Assembly (NCBI GenBank): GCA_051294375.1
Contig: CM119265.1
Span: forward strand, 23,088,099 to 23,152,098
Reading direction: 5' to 3'
Source: Paraspadella gotoi
Lineage: Eukaryota; Animalia; Chaetognatha
DNA length: 64,000 bases
Every line of letters begins with the position of its first letter. Within the stretch, counting starts at the first letter, position 1. Both the position numbers and the translations under genes were made by a program. Under the pieces are notes generated by a model. The model saw only the letters and a list, made by a program, of their open reading frames with translations. It searched no databases and was not told where the DNA came from. Shown here one piece after another: positions 52,601-64,000 of the stretch.

Positions 52601-55600
52601 GCGGGCACTCATCTGTTGGCTTTCGGGGGCTTCCGACCCTCAGTGACGCCTCCAGTCCTGGCGCGTTACCCTAGGACGTTTTTCTTGCCAACGCAGAGGG
52701 AAGGTCGTTAGGGCTGTGGATGATAATCACTACGCCTGGGATGGTGTGTTTCGCGCCTCTGAGCCAATGGATTTGCTGAACGATGATCGGACACTGAGGC
52801 GGTGGTTGAATATGCGCTCAAACTCTGAATTTTACTTTCGGCTCGCTCGTGATTATTTGAATGATGAATAAACGTTACGCTTTTGTACGAGAAAAAAGTT
52901 GCTCCTTTAATTTTTTTTAGAATAATTGTTTCAAAATTTAAATTTTTCAAAATGGATTCTGGATAAAGATTCAAAAGTTAGATAAAGGTTAATATTACAA
53001 ATTTTTTTACAAATTTAGATGATAAATGGGTTAAAATTTAAAAAACCTTAAAAAATTATTATCATAGTTATGCATCTCAATAAATTTCATAGTTTTATTT
53101 AACAATATTTATAGTGGTATTTCTGTTAATTTTTTAATCTGTTACGCTTAGTCAGCTGGCTTACTGGCCGATAAATTTGCAGGCGTTTTTAATCATTGTT
53201 TATGGTCCTAAATTTTCTTTTCCATAAAGAAACGGATTATTTTTTGTTTTTGTTTTTTTTTTCATTTTCCCCATAAGCCTCCTAAGTTGTATACTAAATA
53301 GTAAACTACTAGTATACTAAATCCAGGATCGCCGGTACAATGCTTTTAGTAACACGGTAACATATCTTTTCTACAATTGGGATCGTCTTTACCTACTTTG
53401 AAAAAATTGAATTGAATTGCCTGGTTCATATTTTTTTTAATGATTTGAAATTCTTTTCTCTTTGAAGTTCAGATTTTTTATTTAAGCAAACATTTGGAAA
53501 AATAAATTTTTTTGTGCTCGTTCAAAAAATAAGTTTTGTTGCCTCTTCAAAATCCTTCAATGACTGTGTGCAACTGTGCGCCTGCGAAGAACACTGTTAC
53601 AGGTATGTTTTCAATTATAAGCAATTTAATACATTGAAAATATTATAAGCAAAATACCTGCTATTTTAAGATACTCATTTGGTTTAATTTTAGAATAAGT
53701 TTTTGAATTCGTCCTAGGTTATAATTAATACTGAGTAATTTTTTTGGGCTACTTGTTAAATATTATTTTATAAAATAAGGGCTTGATGATCGACAATGAA
53801 GGGAAGCTTTGCATTTACGGGGCATCCACGGCACTTAGGACGAGGCAGGAACAAAGGGCGGGTCAGCGAGTCTTGCAATACTTCAGGATTAAACTTTTTC
53901 AATCTGTAAAGATTTTAAATCGCCGTAAATATTTTAAAAAGTGATTTTGATGTTACTTTTTTATTTATCAGAATCAATAGGCAGTCTGTTAGCTGAAACG
54001 TATCATCGTGGTTGCACGTTTCAGATTGCTTTTACATATTATTTTTCCCCCTTTGTAAGTTTATAAATAATATTCTTTTAATGGTTTATTAATCACTGAT
54101 TTTGCGCGCTCTCTACTCTTCTTTCTTCTGCCTTTGACTTACTTTGTTTTATTTAATCGCAAGATGATCTGTTAAAAATGGATCAAAATAATTGTGCTTA
54201 ATCACATGTAATCTCCTATGTTAAACTTTTATTTGATAAATTATGTGTTGAAAAAATGAAACAATTGGGCTGTTTAAATTAATATAACTTAAATACAAAT
54301 ATTGTCTTTTATTTAAATAAAACAGACATTTGTACGAGTACATTCATAGGAATCTGCTTTACCATGGTCAAATCAAAGTTGTCGCACAGTATGTTAACAT
54401 TTATTAGTCGATGGAGAAGAGTATGGTCATCAGTGTATTATTTTTAAAAATTTTTATCCGTATTGTTCTCTGGAACGCATATCTGTTACTTAAAATCATT
54501 CACGTTCTTTAAGAACAAACTGCTTTAAAACCCTGGTAACAAGGAACCTAAGTCCCTGGCTTTAATTTGATTAATTAATGATATTAATTACTTAAAAAGT
54601 AAATAATTTGGATTGCGTATTTTGTTTTTATTTATGATAAGATTTGACCTTTTTGCCTTAAAAATTATATAAAAATAAATATTAAGCAATAGAAAAACGT
54701 GATACACATGAACAAATAAAGTTGTACGCAAATATTTATTTTAGCAATTACTCATGATGTATGGGGCGATTTGACTTTGGAAATTTTATGTGGGTAGAAA
54801 AGTTGTGGGATTTAGCAGAAATCAAGTTTCGATAGAATCGTCCAGTGGGATATTAATTAAAATAGAAAAAACGATTACATTTACCCAAAATGTTTAATTT
54901 TTATTTATATTAGATTGGATGGAATAGAATGATGAAGCAGAAATCAAGTTTTAAAATGGAATCGTGCCAAGTAGAAATGAGTTTAAAATGGAGAAAACAA
55001 AAAAATTCCTTTTTCACATATTTTTTTTAAGCTGCATTAATTATTTAGATTAATAAATTGGTAATTAATGAATTATTAAATTAATTATTGTGATCGAGGA
55101 TTGCTTTGGTGATTAAGGGCGAGACTGAAAGTGGAAAACCAATTTTGGATGGGGAAAAACAAAATTAGATATTAATTTATTAATTATCTGATCAGCTTGC
55201 CTATAGCTAATGATGATGGGCAGATCGGCATTCTTGCTCAAACTTGTTACAAATGTTCATGCCGCTTTTTCCGGCCGATTCGTCGAGCTCGATTTTCGAA
55301 ACACGATTTCTTTATTGAGTCTTGGGCCCGGAATCGAGCATCTCTTCTCGTAGCCGTGCTCGTTAGTACAATCCTTATGGACCAATCGAAATCGCTTAAC
55401 ATAGGGCGACTGTGATTACGCGAGGAAGCGATTTTTTGGGGTGACGTTTTGGGCTAGAGCAACTTTTTGAATTGCCTGGACCGATTGTGCTGACTTTTTG
55501 CAATGAAGCGCTCGAAAGAATTCCCTATCGTTCGTACCAAATTTGTACGAAAAATATTTAAAAATACAAATCTTGTATCCCTCGTAATATAAATGATGGT

Positions 55601-56686
55601 TGAAAAGGATGAGGGAGGAGAGGGGAAGAGAGAGAGAGAAGGAGAGAGGAGAGAAGAGAGAGAGAGAGAGAGAGGTAACGGGAAAATCGAAACCGTTTGG
55701 AAAAATCGCAAGGCCGGAATTAACGAAGGCCAGAATTTTTTTTTGGTCGATCGGGAAATTCCTTTCTCCAAGCAATTGCTGAAAAAGGTGAAATTGAAAT
55801 TAAAATAAATCAACCATCGAATCAATCATATCAATCAATCAATCCATCTTACTTGAAGTCTTTTGGCTTACCTAAAACTGTCTGCAAACTGCTTCGCATC
55901 TTTTTGCGGCGTCTGCTTCCATCGACCACTTCTTCACGCGCAGTTCTTCGCGCTTCCTTCAAGTCGACGGAAGTGGATCGTCAGACCCTTCCCGTCGACG
56001 ACCTTTGCCGTACACTTCCGTCAACTGGACCCGCCGCTCGCTGGCGACCGGCCGTTCGCGCATCAGATGCGACGAAACTGTCAGTTCAGGCACTGGCATC
56101 TCGGGGGCTCCGAACGAGCATTTTTTAAAATGAAAGTTTAATAGGAAATATTATGGGCGTAAAAGTCACGTAACGAAAATCCACAGATTGTAATCGACGT
56201 AATGAGGTACAACCGTCTTATTGATAATTAGTGTAAGCGAGCTTATTTTGGTCCTATAAGTAACAGTAAACTTAGCTCTAGTAGTATTCCCAATAATCAT
56301 TACAATTAACTTACTTGTGTAGAATAAGAGATTGCTAACTTGCTGTGGTATGATACTCGCATGCTTGATAAGCATATAGCTTAGCTAAGAGAAGTAAAGT
56401 CATAAGTCATCGATACCCAATTGGAGGAAAGAATAAGTCTTTATTAATAAACAAATATATAATGCTTCTAAAACATAATTCCTAACCCAATAAGTAAGAA
56501 CTTAAGCACCAAGAGGATGGGACTGGCCATATTGGAAGCCATCTCTGTCCAAGTCCAAAGCATGAATTTCATGCCTGATAGCTTTAAAACAATAATGAAA
56601 TACCTAAGAGTGGGTTCCATAAGAATATTTATAAGTTTAGCTTTATTGATACATTATTATTAATAAATGTCCGCAAACTCTCTAAT
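46626..56686. other. Indel-rich copy of 56686-62028 (FAAH2 3' exons and the kinase gene) carrying an extra ~4.6-kb insertion at 51020-55590
   Basis: 46626-51020 matches 56686-60990 and 55590-56686 matches 60990-62028. At 56686 the sequence restarts at TTACCTGCTGGTCC. Confidence 0.9.
51020..55590. mobile_element. Composite repeat insertion in kinase intron 2 (GGTTAGG-rich segment, DINE-like tandem units, possible Helitron-type 3' hairpin)
   Basis: Absent from the 107-bp intron at 60966-61072. Contains a GGTTAGG-rich tract at ~52000-52130, units related to 22391-22680 at ~54745-55000, and CGAGCA...TGCTCG followed by TTAGT near 55335-55367. Confidence 0.55.
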
Positions 56687-56870
56687 TTACCTGCTGGTCC
56701 TTAAGGGCTTGTGACCATCAGTGGTCGTTTCCTATTGACAGGGCGTCCTCTTTATGCTTAATAAGAGTGAGGACTCCGGGATCGAACCCGGAACCTACGT
56801 TTGGGATGGTGCATCAGTCTGCAGACTAAAAAACCATTACGACTTTATTGTGGTGAGGCAGCTTAAGGTC
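56686..56870 (-). mobile_element. tRNA-derived SINE-like repeat, family B
   Basis: GGGATCGAACCCGGAACC at 56778-56795 is the reverse complement of a tRNA T-arm/B-box (GGTTCCGGGTTCGATCCC). No complete cloverleaf is visible. Confidence 0.5.
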
Positions 56871-56940
56871 TTCGGAACGACTATATACTTGATCCTTTCA
56901 CAAATCATGATAACCTCTCTCACCTCATTCACATCATCAG

Positions 56941-58200
56941 CTGCACAACCTTCGACTCTGAAGTGACGCCGGAATTAAGCCACGCTCAACGACGAGTGGC
57001 GTCGTTTCTCGGCGCCGCCGGCGCCCGCGTCGAAGAGCGCGACTTTTCCCAATTTAGAAACTTCTTCGAGTTGTGGGGAGCGATTAAGGGGACGACCGGC
57101 GCCCCCACATTTTGTCAGCTTATGGGGTTACCGGAAGGTAATACTATTTCTAGTAATACTATTACTAATAGAGGCCTGTGAATGGAATATTGTGGCTTTC
57201 GTGCGATATATTGATTTATTGATTGATTGGAGAGAAAATCGTTCAAAGTTGATGCTTTATCATTATCAGTCAAACAAAATTCTTCGCTATGTTCCAGATT
57301 TTTTGATTTGATTTGATTGATTGATGAGATTGATTGATTGATGGTTTTATTCATCGGTTCTCTGTCGTGTTTTCCTCTCATAGCTATCGCGGCCAACCCT
57401 TTCAAAGAGGCGCTGCTTTGGATCTTCGGTCGCTCCGGGCACACCTTTCCGGCGATCCTTTTGGGCTGGATCGAGAGAACGGGTCGTTCCACGCCGGCCG
57501 AGATGGAAGCCAAGGTCGCGGAAGCCCAACGTATTGAGGATGAGCTCGACAGACTTTTGGGTGAGATTAAATTTCCAGATTATTATTATTTTAGTTTATT
57601 ATATTTAAGCATCTCGTCCAGGACTAGGAAACTCGGACCTTTGGGTTGCGGAGGTGAATGACCGCTGCCGCTGTTAACGCTTGGTGGATTTTAAGCCACC
57701 ATAATTATTTTCTTTTCATGAATTACTTCAAGTTTAAGGTTTTTAACTAATTATTATCTAATCATCTTTATAGCTTTTTTTAAGTTAGTTGGCAAACACA
57801 TTCTAGTCAATTTTATAAGTTAAAGTCGCTATTTTAATGTATTTTTTAACCTTATTTTGTACACTTTAATCAATTTGGTAATAATTTTAATTTAATTGAA
57901 CTTTTAGTAAAAAAAAATTAATAAAAACTAATTAAACCTTAAGGCGACGACGGAGTTCTCCTCTGTCCCACCGTCACCGACTACGCCTTCTATCATAATC
58001 AGTCCCATTTTCAAAAAGTTCGCCCCTTGTACACAATGATCTTCAACATATTCGGAGCCCCGTACTCAAGTCCCCTAGGGCTGGGCAAGAAGGGCGTGCC
58101 GGTTGGGGGCTGCAGGTCGTGGCCGCCAAGGCGACGACAGACTCTCCATTGCCGTCGCGGAATCGTTGGAGAAGAGATTCGGTGGTTGGGTCAACCCAAT
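56941..58200 (+). CDS. FAAH2: FAAH2-like 3' exons (56941-57137, 57384-57560, 57944-~58200; stop position uncertain)
   Basis: ...NPFKEALLWIFGRSGHTFPAILLG...ELDRLLG|DDGVLLCPT...YTMIFNIFG.P...PLGLGKKGVPVG.QVVA...DDRLSIAVAESLEKRFGGWVNP is a typical FAAH2 C-terminus. The last exon has a few frameshifts that look like residual errors. Confidence 0.85.
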
Positions 58201-59168
58201 TGATCGAGAAACGAAGAGATTGCTTGGGGTATTTGCGCTTCGCCCAAGACTTGGTCGGTCTGGAGCGACAGGTTATAAACCAAATGTCTGCTCTTGCCAG
58301 GCTCCGTGGTTTGCTCGTTGTAGGATTAGTGTAATTTTGTATATCAAGTTCGTTTACTCAGGGAATTGTCAAATGTTCAAATATTAGGAGTTCATTGCAA
58401 AATTTTGTACATAGTAGTCTTGAGCCTGAAATTTATAAGTGTAAATTAACTTAATCATTTTTTAATTTCTTATTACATTACAATAAACTACGGATTTTAC
58501 TTTTGTTTTTTTCCAAAAGTTTTGTAAAGTTTAATTTGCTTTTTAATCTTTAGCTTGGGATGTTCTGTCTGACTTTATAAATTTTTGACCTTAACTCAAA
58601 ATAATATGTAACTAGAAAAAAACCATTTCTTTTTTAATCAAACGTGCAAGTATTTTTGCTTAGCAAAACGACATTAATGCAAGGATTAACAATTTTTATT
58701 TAATTCTAGATTAATCACTAAGTCTGCCAGTTAGTCAGGGTCTGAGACTCTTACAACATTAATCACTCCCTGTTTCTCTTAGAAATTTTAAAATCTCGGG
58801 TTTCCCTGATTTCGAAAAAAAAAGAAACCGGTCTAGACTCTAGTCTATGAATAAACAGGCAGAAAAAAATGACTCTTGTGGTCTAAATATAATCGAAAAC
58901 CAGTTTTCCCAGTTGGACGACTCTGGGTAAATAAAATTAGATTATTGTCTAATTACTAATTTTTGATGAATGATGAAACTGAAATCTCACTTTTCTTAGT
59001 ATGGAAATGGTCAGAAGCGAGATGTTCTTCAGCGTTATCATTTCGATAAAGACAAGCTATTTCCGTGAAAATGTAAAGTCATATATGCCCACATTCTTTT
59101 TCTTTCTACACTAAAATGTGCTATAATTCTTTGGTTACAAAAGCTTTTTTTTGCTTCGAACCTACATA

Positions 59169-59271
59169 TTATTTAAAAGCCTTTAAATGAAAAACACCCA
59201 AACACTCCCGCCCTTCTCTCGCCGCCTCGCCTACCCACCGCGCCGCTCCTCGCCACACCCCCTTCCGCCAC

Positions 59272-59303
<32 letters not shown>

Positions 59304-61484
59304 CTTGACCGCTTTGCCGAGAAGAAATCTCCCCACGCTCATCGAGGGTCTCACGGGCTCTCCGCTTCGATCCCTCATCCCCATCCCAAAAGTCTTCAAC
59401 AACTTCCTATGCACGCGGATGTGGACGGGCTGCTTGAGATCGACGACGGTCTCCTCCATTCCTAGGAAGAGGGGATCTTTGGACGCCCCCGCCGCCGCCT
59501 CCATCACCAACTCGGACGAAGCGATCGAGTAGCGCGTCGAATCGAGAAAGAGAAAGTCGTTGATCAAGTGGCCCCCGTAGTGAAGAATGGTGCCCACTTT
59601 GGGACCGTCGAGAGAGACGAGGTCGAGCAGGCCGTCGCCGGCGTGGGAGAAAGGCAACACCCCGAATCTGGCGAATCGGTGACGGAGAGGAGTGAGGGCG
59701 TAGATGACCATGTTCTTCTCCTCCACCGTCTGCTCTTTCCATCGCCGCTCACTGGCGCCGGTTTTCTCGGCCTCATTTTCCTGTGCACACCGGCGACAAT
59801 CGGCGCGACACACCTCCGGCGCCGCCGCGTTATTGTCCGGTTCCAAATATCTCACCCTAACTCTTACGGGATCCATTTTCGGCATCATGAACGGATAGAT
59901 GAAATGACGGAACGGCCCGAACCATTTTCTCATCATGATGTCAATCTTTTCCATCGCCGCCAAGTCGAGATTTGTAACGCCGCCCATGAGCACCGCGAAT
60001 CCGGCGAAACTGGACGGGCTCTTCAGTGGATCGGTGTTTGTTCCAAGCGGCGTCGACAGCAGCGCGAAGGACGCCACGTCGGTGCTCATCACGTGACCCA
60101 AGGCGGCGTGAATGGCGCTGGTGACGGGATCGTGGACGCCGGCGGCGACGGTGGCGTAACCGTTTCCGCTGCCGCCGGGAATATGGACGATCGGGAGGCG
60201 CGGTGACGCGAATTCCACGTCAGTCCAATCAGTGGACGGCGCCGGGACCAGGGCGCCGCCGGCGTGGCGAAGGCGAACGGCGTCGTCGTCGTCGCCATGG
60301 GAAAAGTCGGCGTCGTCGAGTCGAGGATCGATGCCCTTGGAGATTCCGGCGTCGATCTTGAATGAGAGGGTGAGGGGGGGACATTATCGTAACGAAAGTT
60401 ATAATGAAATTTCGTTACGTTTATTGTTAAATTAAGGAAAGGAAGAATGAATTCGATAGATTTACAGTTTATACTATATAGTATCTATAGTATGAAATTG
60501 GTACAACCAATGTAAAAATAATCCATTCATTTAATAAATAAGCTATCTTGCCCCTGACTTTGGACAGGCTTTGGTGGTTTAAGGCCTCCATCACTCTTAC
60601 AAGATAATATATATACTTGACAATCATCCATAAGTCAGTCATACTTCAGTACTTTTACAGTTTTTTACAGTGTCTAAAGCACTATTTCCGTCTTTCCCAA
60701 GCTCAAAATAAAAGCAAACAAACCAAAATAAAAACGAAACAAACTAAAGACAAAACGAGTCAAACCTGCGCCCGTTCCAACAATCCCTGAGCGGCGTCGG
60801 TAAAAGATCCGTCGCCGCCGACGACCAAGACGGCGTCGATATCTTCCAACCGGCGCCGCCAGAGGATCGAGCGCGATTCTCCGTGGTGGCGGGTGATGAT
60901 GAGTTCGATCTCGACGCCGCAAAGATTGAAGATCGGTTCCACCTCCTCGTGGAATATGGAGAGGCCTGCGAGGTGGAGGAGGAAGAAGAATATAATGATG
61001 TTGAAAAAGGATGAGGGAGAGAGGGGAGAGGGAGAGAGAGAGAGAGAGAGAGAGGTAACGGGAAAATCGAACCTTTGAAAAATCCGCAAGCCGGATTAAC
61101 GAAGGCCAGAATTTTTTTTGGTCGATCGGGAAACTCCTTTCTCAAGCAATTCTGAAAAAGGTGAAAATGAAATAAAATAAATCAACCAATCGAATCAATC
61201 ATATCAATCAATCAATCAATCTTACTTGAGTCTTTGCTTACCTTAAAACTGTCTGCAAACTCTTCGGCATCTTTTTCGGCGTCTGCTTCCATCGACCACT
61301 TCTTCACGCGCAGCTTCGGCTCCTTCAAGTCGACGAAGTGGATCGTCAACGTCTTCCCGTCGACGACCTTTGCCGTCAACACTTCCGTCAACTGGACCCG
61401 CCGCTCTGGCGACCGGCCGTCGCGCATCAGCAGCGACGAAACTGTCAGTTCAGCACTGCATCCTCGGGGGCCCCGAACGAGCAT
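59169..61484 (-). CDS. Ceramide-kinase-family (DAGK-domain) lipid kinase, 569 aa; exons 61484-61242, 61151-61073, 60965-60766, 60356-59169
   Basis: Phase-consistent GT-AG introns. PH-like N-terminus, RPKKILAFVNP, VVGGDG, HIPGGSGN, DPVTSAIH, a CxxxCxxC motif (CRADCRRC), HAGDGLLDL and IRVHRKLLKTFG together match the CERK/CERKL architecture. Confidence 0.85.
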
Positions 61485-62148
61485 TTTTTAAATGAAAGTT
61501 TAATAAGGAAATTATGGGCGATAAAAGTCTACGTAACGAAAATCCACAGATTGTAATACGACGTAATGAGGTACAACCGTTTTATATGAAATTAGTGTAA
61601 GCGAGCTATTTGGTCCTAAAGTAACAGTAAACTTAGCTCTAGTAGTATTCCCAATAAACATACCAATTAACTTACTTGTAGAATAAGAGATGCTAACTTG
61701 CTGTGGTAGAATACTCGCATGCTTGAAGCATATAGCTAGCTTAAGAGAAGTAAAGTCATAAGCATAGATACCCAATGGAGGAAAGAAAGAGTCTTTATTA
61801 ATAAACAAATATATAATGCTTCTAACATAATTCCTAACCCAATAAGTAAGAACTAAGACCAAAGAGGATGGGACTGCCATATTGGAAGCCAACTCTGTTC
61901 CAAGTCAAAGCATAGAATTCATCCTGAACTTAAACTATAATTGAAATACAAAAGAGTGGGTTCCAATAAGAATATTTATAAGTTAGTTTAATTGATAATT
62001 ATTATTAATAAATGTCCCAAACTCTCTAATCAATTATATCATCAATAGCTACACTAATGACAAAAGTGAATTCGTGAAATGAGAACATGAAATGACACAG
62101 GAACAGAATTTATGACAAGTCAATGTCAATACGACAATATGCAAATGA

Positions 62149-62790
62149 GATTGATGAACTCAATCTCATTCTTGGTTGTATCAAAAGTTCCTTCCTTATA
62201 CACGTCACAACCACGGGAAATCAAAACGTCCTCGTTTTGAGCACGGTCCAGCGAAGTGAAGCTCCAACAAAACGCGTTTCCACAAGGATGAAGGCAGAAA
62301 TTATAGATAGTTTTGAATGAATTTGAATGAAAGAATGATAGAAAAGAGATGAATTTAAGTTGTGAAATGGTGAAAGAAAGTCAACAGAGTTAAATTTGTC
62401 AACATGATATGAAATTAGTAACAAAATATTATTAACAAGCAAAACAAGAAGGCTTACCAAATAATGCGTTGAAGGCTGGCAAGGATCCAAGAATGCCCAG
62501 TTTTGTACTGCAAAGTAGTGCTGCTAGAGCTAGCAAGTAATTTTCCAGAAGTTTGACAAACCTTGGCATCTGACTGAGACTGACTGAAGGGTCATCTTAG
62601 CAATTACTTGATAAGCTTTGCAAATCCTGTTACCTTAACAATTCCTTAGATACTTCACAATATCCTGAGTTATCTTTATTTCACTAACAACTGAACCTTG
62701 CTTTTTTTTTTTTTGTTTTGTTTTTGTTTCAAGCAGTACTTACAGAAGCAGACTTTGAGAGATGAGAGGAACAACAATAATTTACAAGAA

Positions 62791-62844
<54 letters not shown>

Positions 62845-62930
62845 GCTCTACTGAATAGTGCCGTAAGGCTAGCAAGAGCACATATTATATATTTTGCATA
62901 GCAAAATGATGCCAAAGGCTAGCAATAGCA

Positions 62931-62970
<40 letters not shown>

Positions 62971-63508
62971 TTTTTTTTTTTGACAAGACGAGAGAGATAA
63001 AGGGGGGGGGGCTCCTATTTCCTTTTCCATTTTGAGACTTTGTAGAGAGATCGTAGCGTCTTGCGCTAGCTTCGCCCAAGCTGGCTTGTTTAAGTTATTG
63101 ATTGCAAAATCATAAAGTAACTTATGTTTTATGATTTGATGGTATAACATCAATTCTGAAATTCTCTTTTCCTTCTAGGGCGAATGTAAGGTTCGTTCAC
63201 ATAAGGGTTCACCCAAGGCGTGCCTTGATAATTCTGTGATGGTTTCCGGGCCCTTAGATGAAGTGGCTAGTTGGAAATGGTCTGTAATGTTTTGAGGTTT
63301 GAATTTATAAAATAGTTGGCCTAAACTTGAAATCATTTTTCTTCCATAATAGGTATAAATTCTCTTATCCTTAATTTTGAAAAAAAATTCATTTAACATG
63401 GGTTTTGGTAGATTTGGAGAATTAAGTTGTAACAGAATATAGATGATGATATAGATGATTGATGAACTCAATCTCATTCTTGGTTGTATCAAAAGTTCCT
63501 TCCTTATA
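62149..63508. repeat. Identical 52-bp direct repeats ~1.3 kb apart, enclosing poly-T tracts
   Basis: GATTGATGAACTCAATCTCATTCTTGGTTGTATCAAAAGTTCCTTCCTTATA at 62149-62200 and 63457-63508. Confidence 0.8.
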
Positions 63509-64000
63509 TTAGTACGACCAATATATATACAACTTCGGGTTACGAAATTCTCTCTTTCTTAGAGTCAAAGTTTAAGCGTGAATTTTTAAATATCGCGAAA
63601 GACTCAGTCCTCACTTAGGATAATAAAGTTTAATTGGCTCCGGATTATTTATAAATAACGATTTGATAATTTGTCCTTTGTTGGTCGTTTTTTTTTTTCG
63701 ACAGAAAATTGAGAAATTGAGAAATTCAGCGATCACGACATATTAGGCCAGGATAATAAGAGAACCAGCAAATTCGACCTAGTTTCGAGATTCTATTCAC
63801 TAATGTTTTAAAGGATGTAAAAAACAATATGAGGTGAATGTTCGTTAACTAAACTAACTTCGGACATGGTCAATGTAGGAATGAATAAATGATTCGAATT
63901 AACTATCGGAATATAAATTTATATTTTATTTTAAATTGTAGAAGACGAAAATAGTAATAATAGTAATAATAGTAATAATAAAACGGTAGTGGTTCGCTGA

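Noticed and set aside
52615-52650. Hammerhead-like CTGAGGG...CCGAAA on the minus strand (also GAAACGCGT near 62280)
   Set aside because: The core deviates from CUGANGA and stems I/III could not be built; a covariance-model search would be needed.
56770-56830. tRNA gene
   Set aside because: Only a T-arm/B-box is present, with no acceptor stem or full cloverleaf; treated as SINE-like.

Overview
Eukaryotic (metazoan-like) genomic DNA with GC/CpG-rich exons, AT-rich introns and abundant (GA)n microsatellites. Six protein-coding genes can be supported: a secreted Ser/Thr-rich protein (-), a BAR-RhoGAP of the ARHGAP17/44/SH3BP1 family (-), an F-box/WD40 protein (+), a long XK-related (Xkr scramblase-like) membrane protein (+), an amidase-signature FAAH2-like gene (+) and a ceramide-kinase-family gene (-). 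About 24 kb consists of indel-riddled second copies: 32.75-45.16 kb copies 17.48-29.46 kb, 45.16-45.88 kb matches 45.91-46.62 kb, and 46.63-56.69 kb copies 56.69-62.03 kb. These look like unpolished long-read gap fill from another haplotype, and they expose presence/absence insertion polymorphisms. Repeats include a fold-back element with a nested deleted Tc1, a degenerate hAT-like element, DINE-1/HINE-like elements, two tRNA-derived SINE-like families and a ~115-bp mobile repeat. The most notable signal is that the best-fitting gene models need AAG|GG, AAG|GA and AAG|GC splice donors and several AAG acceptors, which suggests relaxed spliceosomal dinucleotide rules in this organism. All assignments come from manual reading and motif recall; no searches were run.
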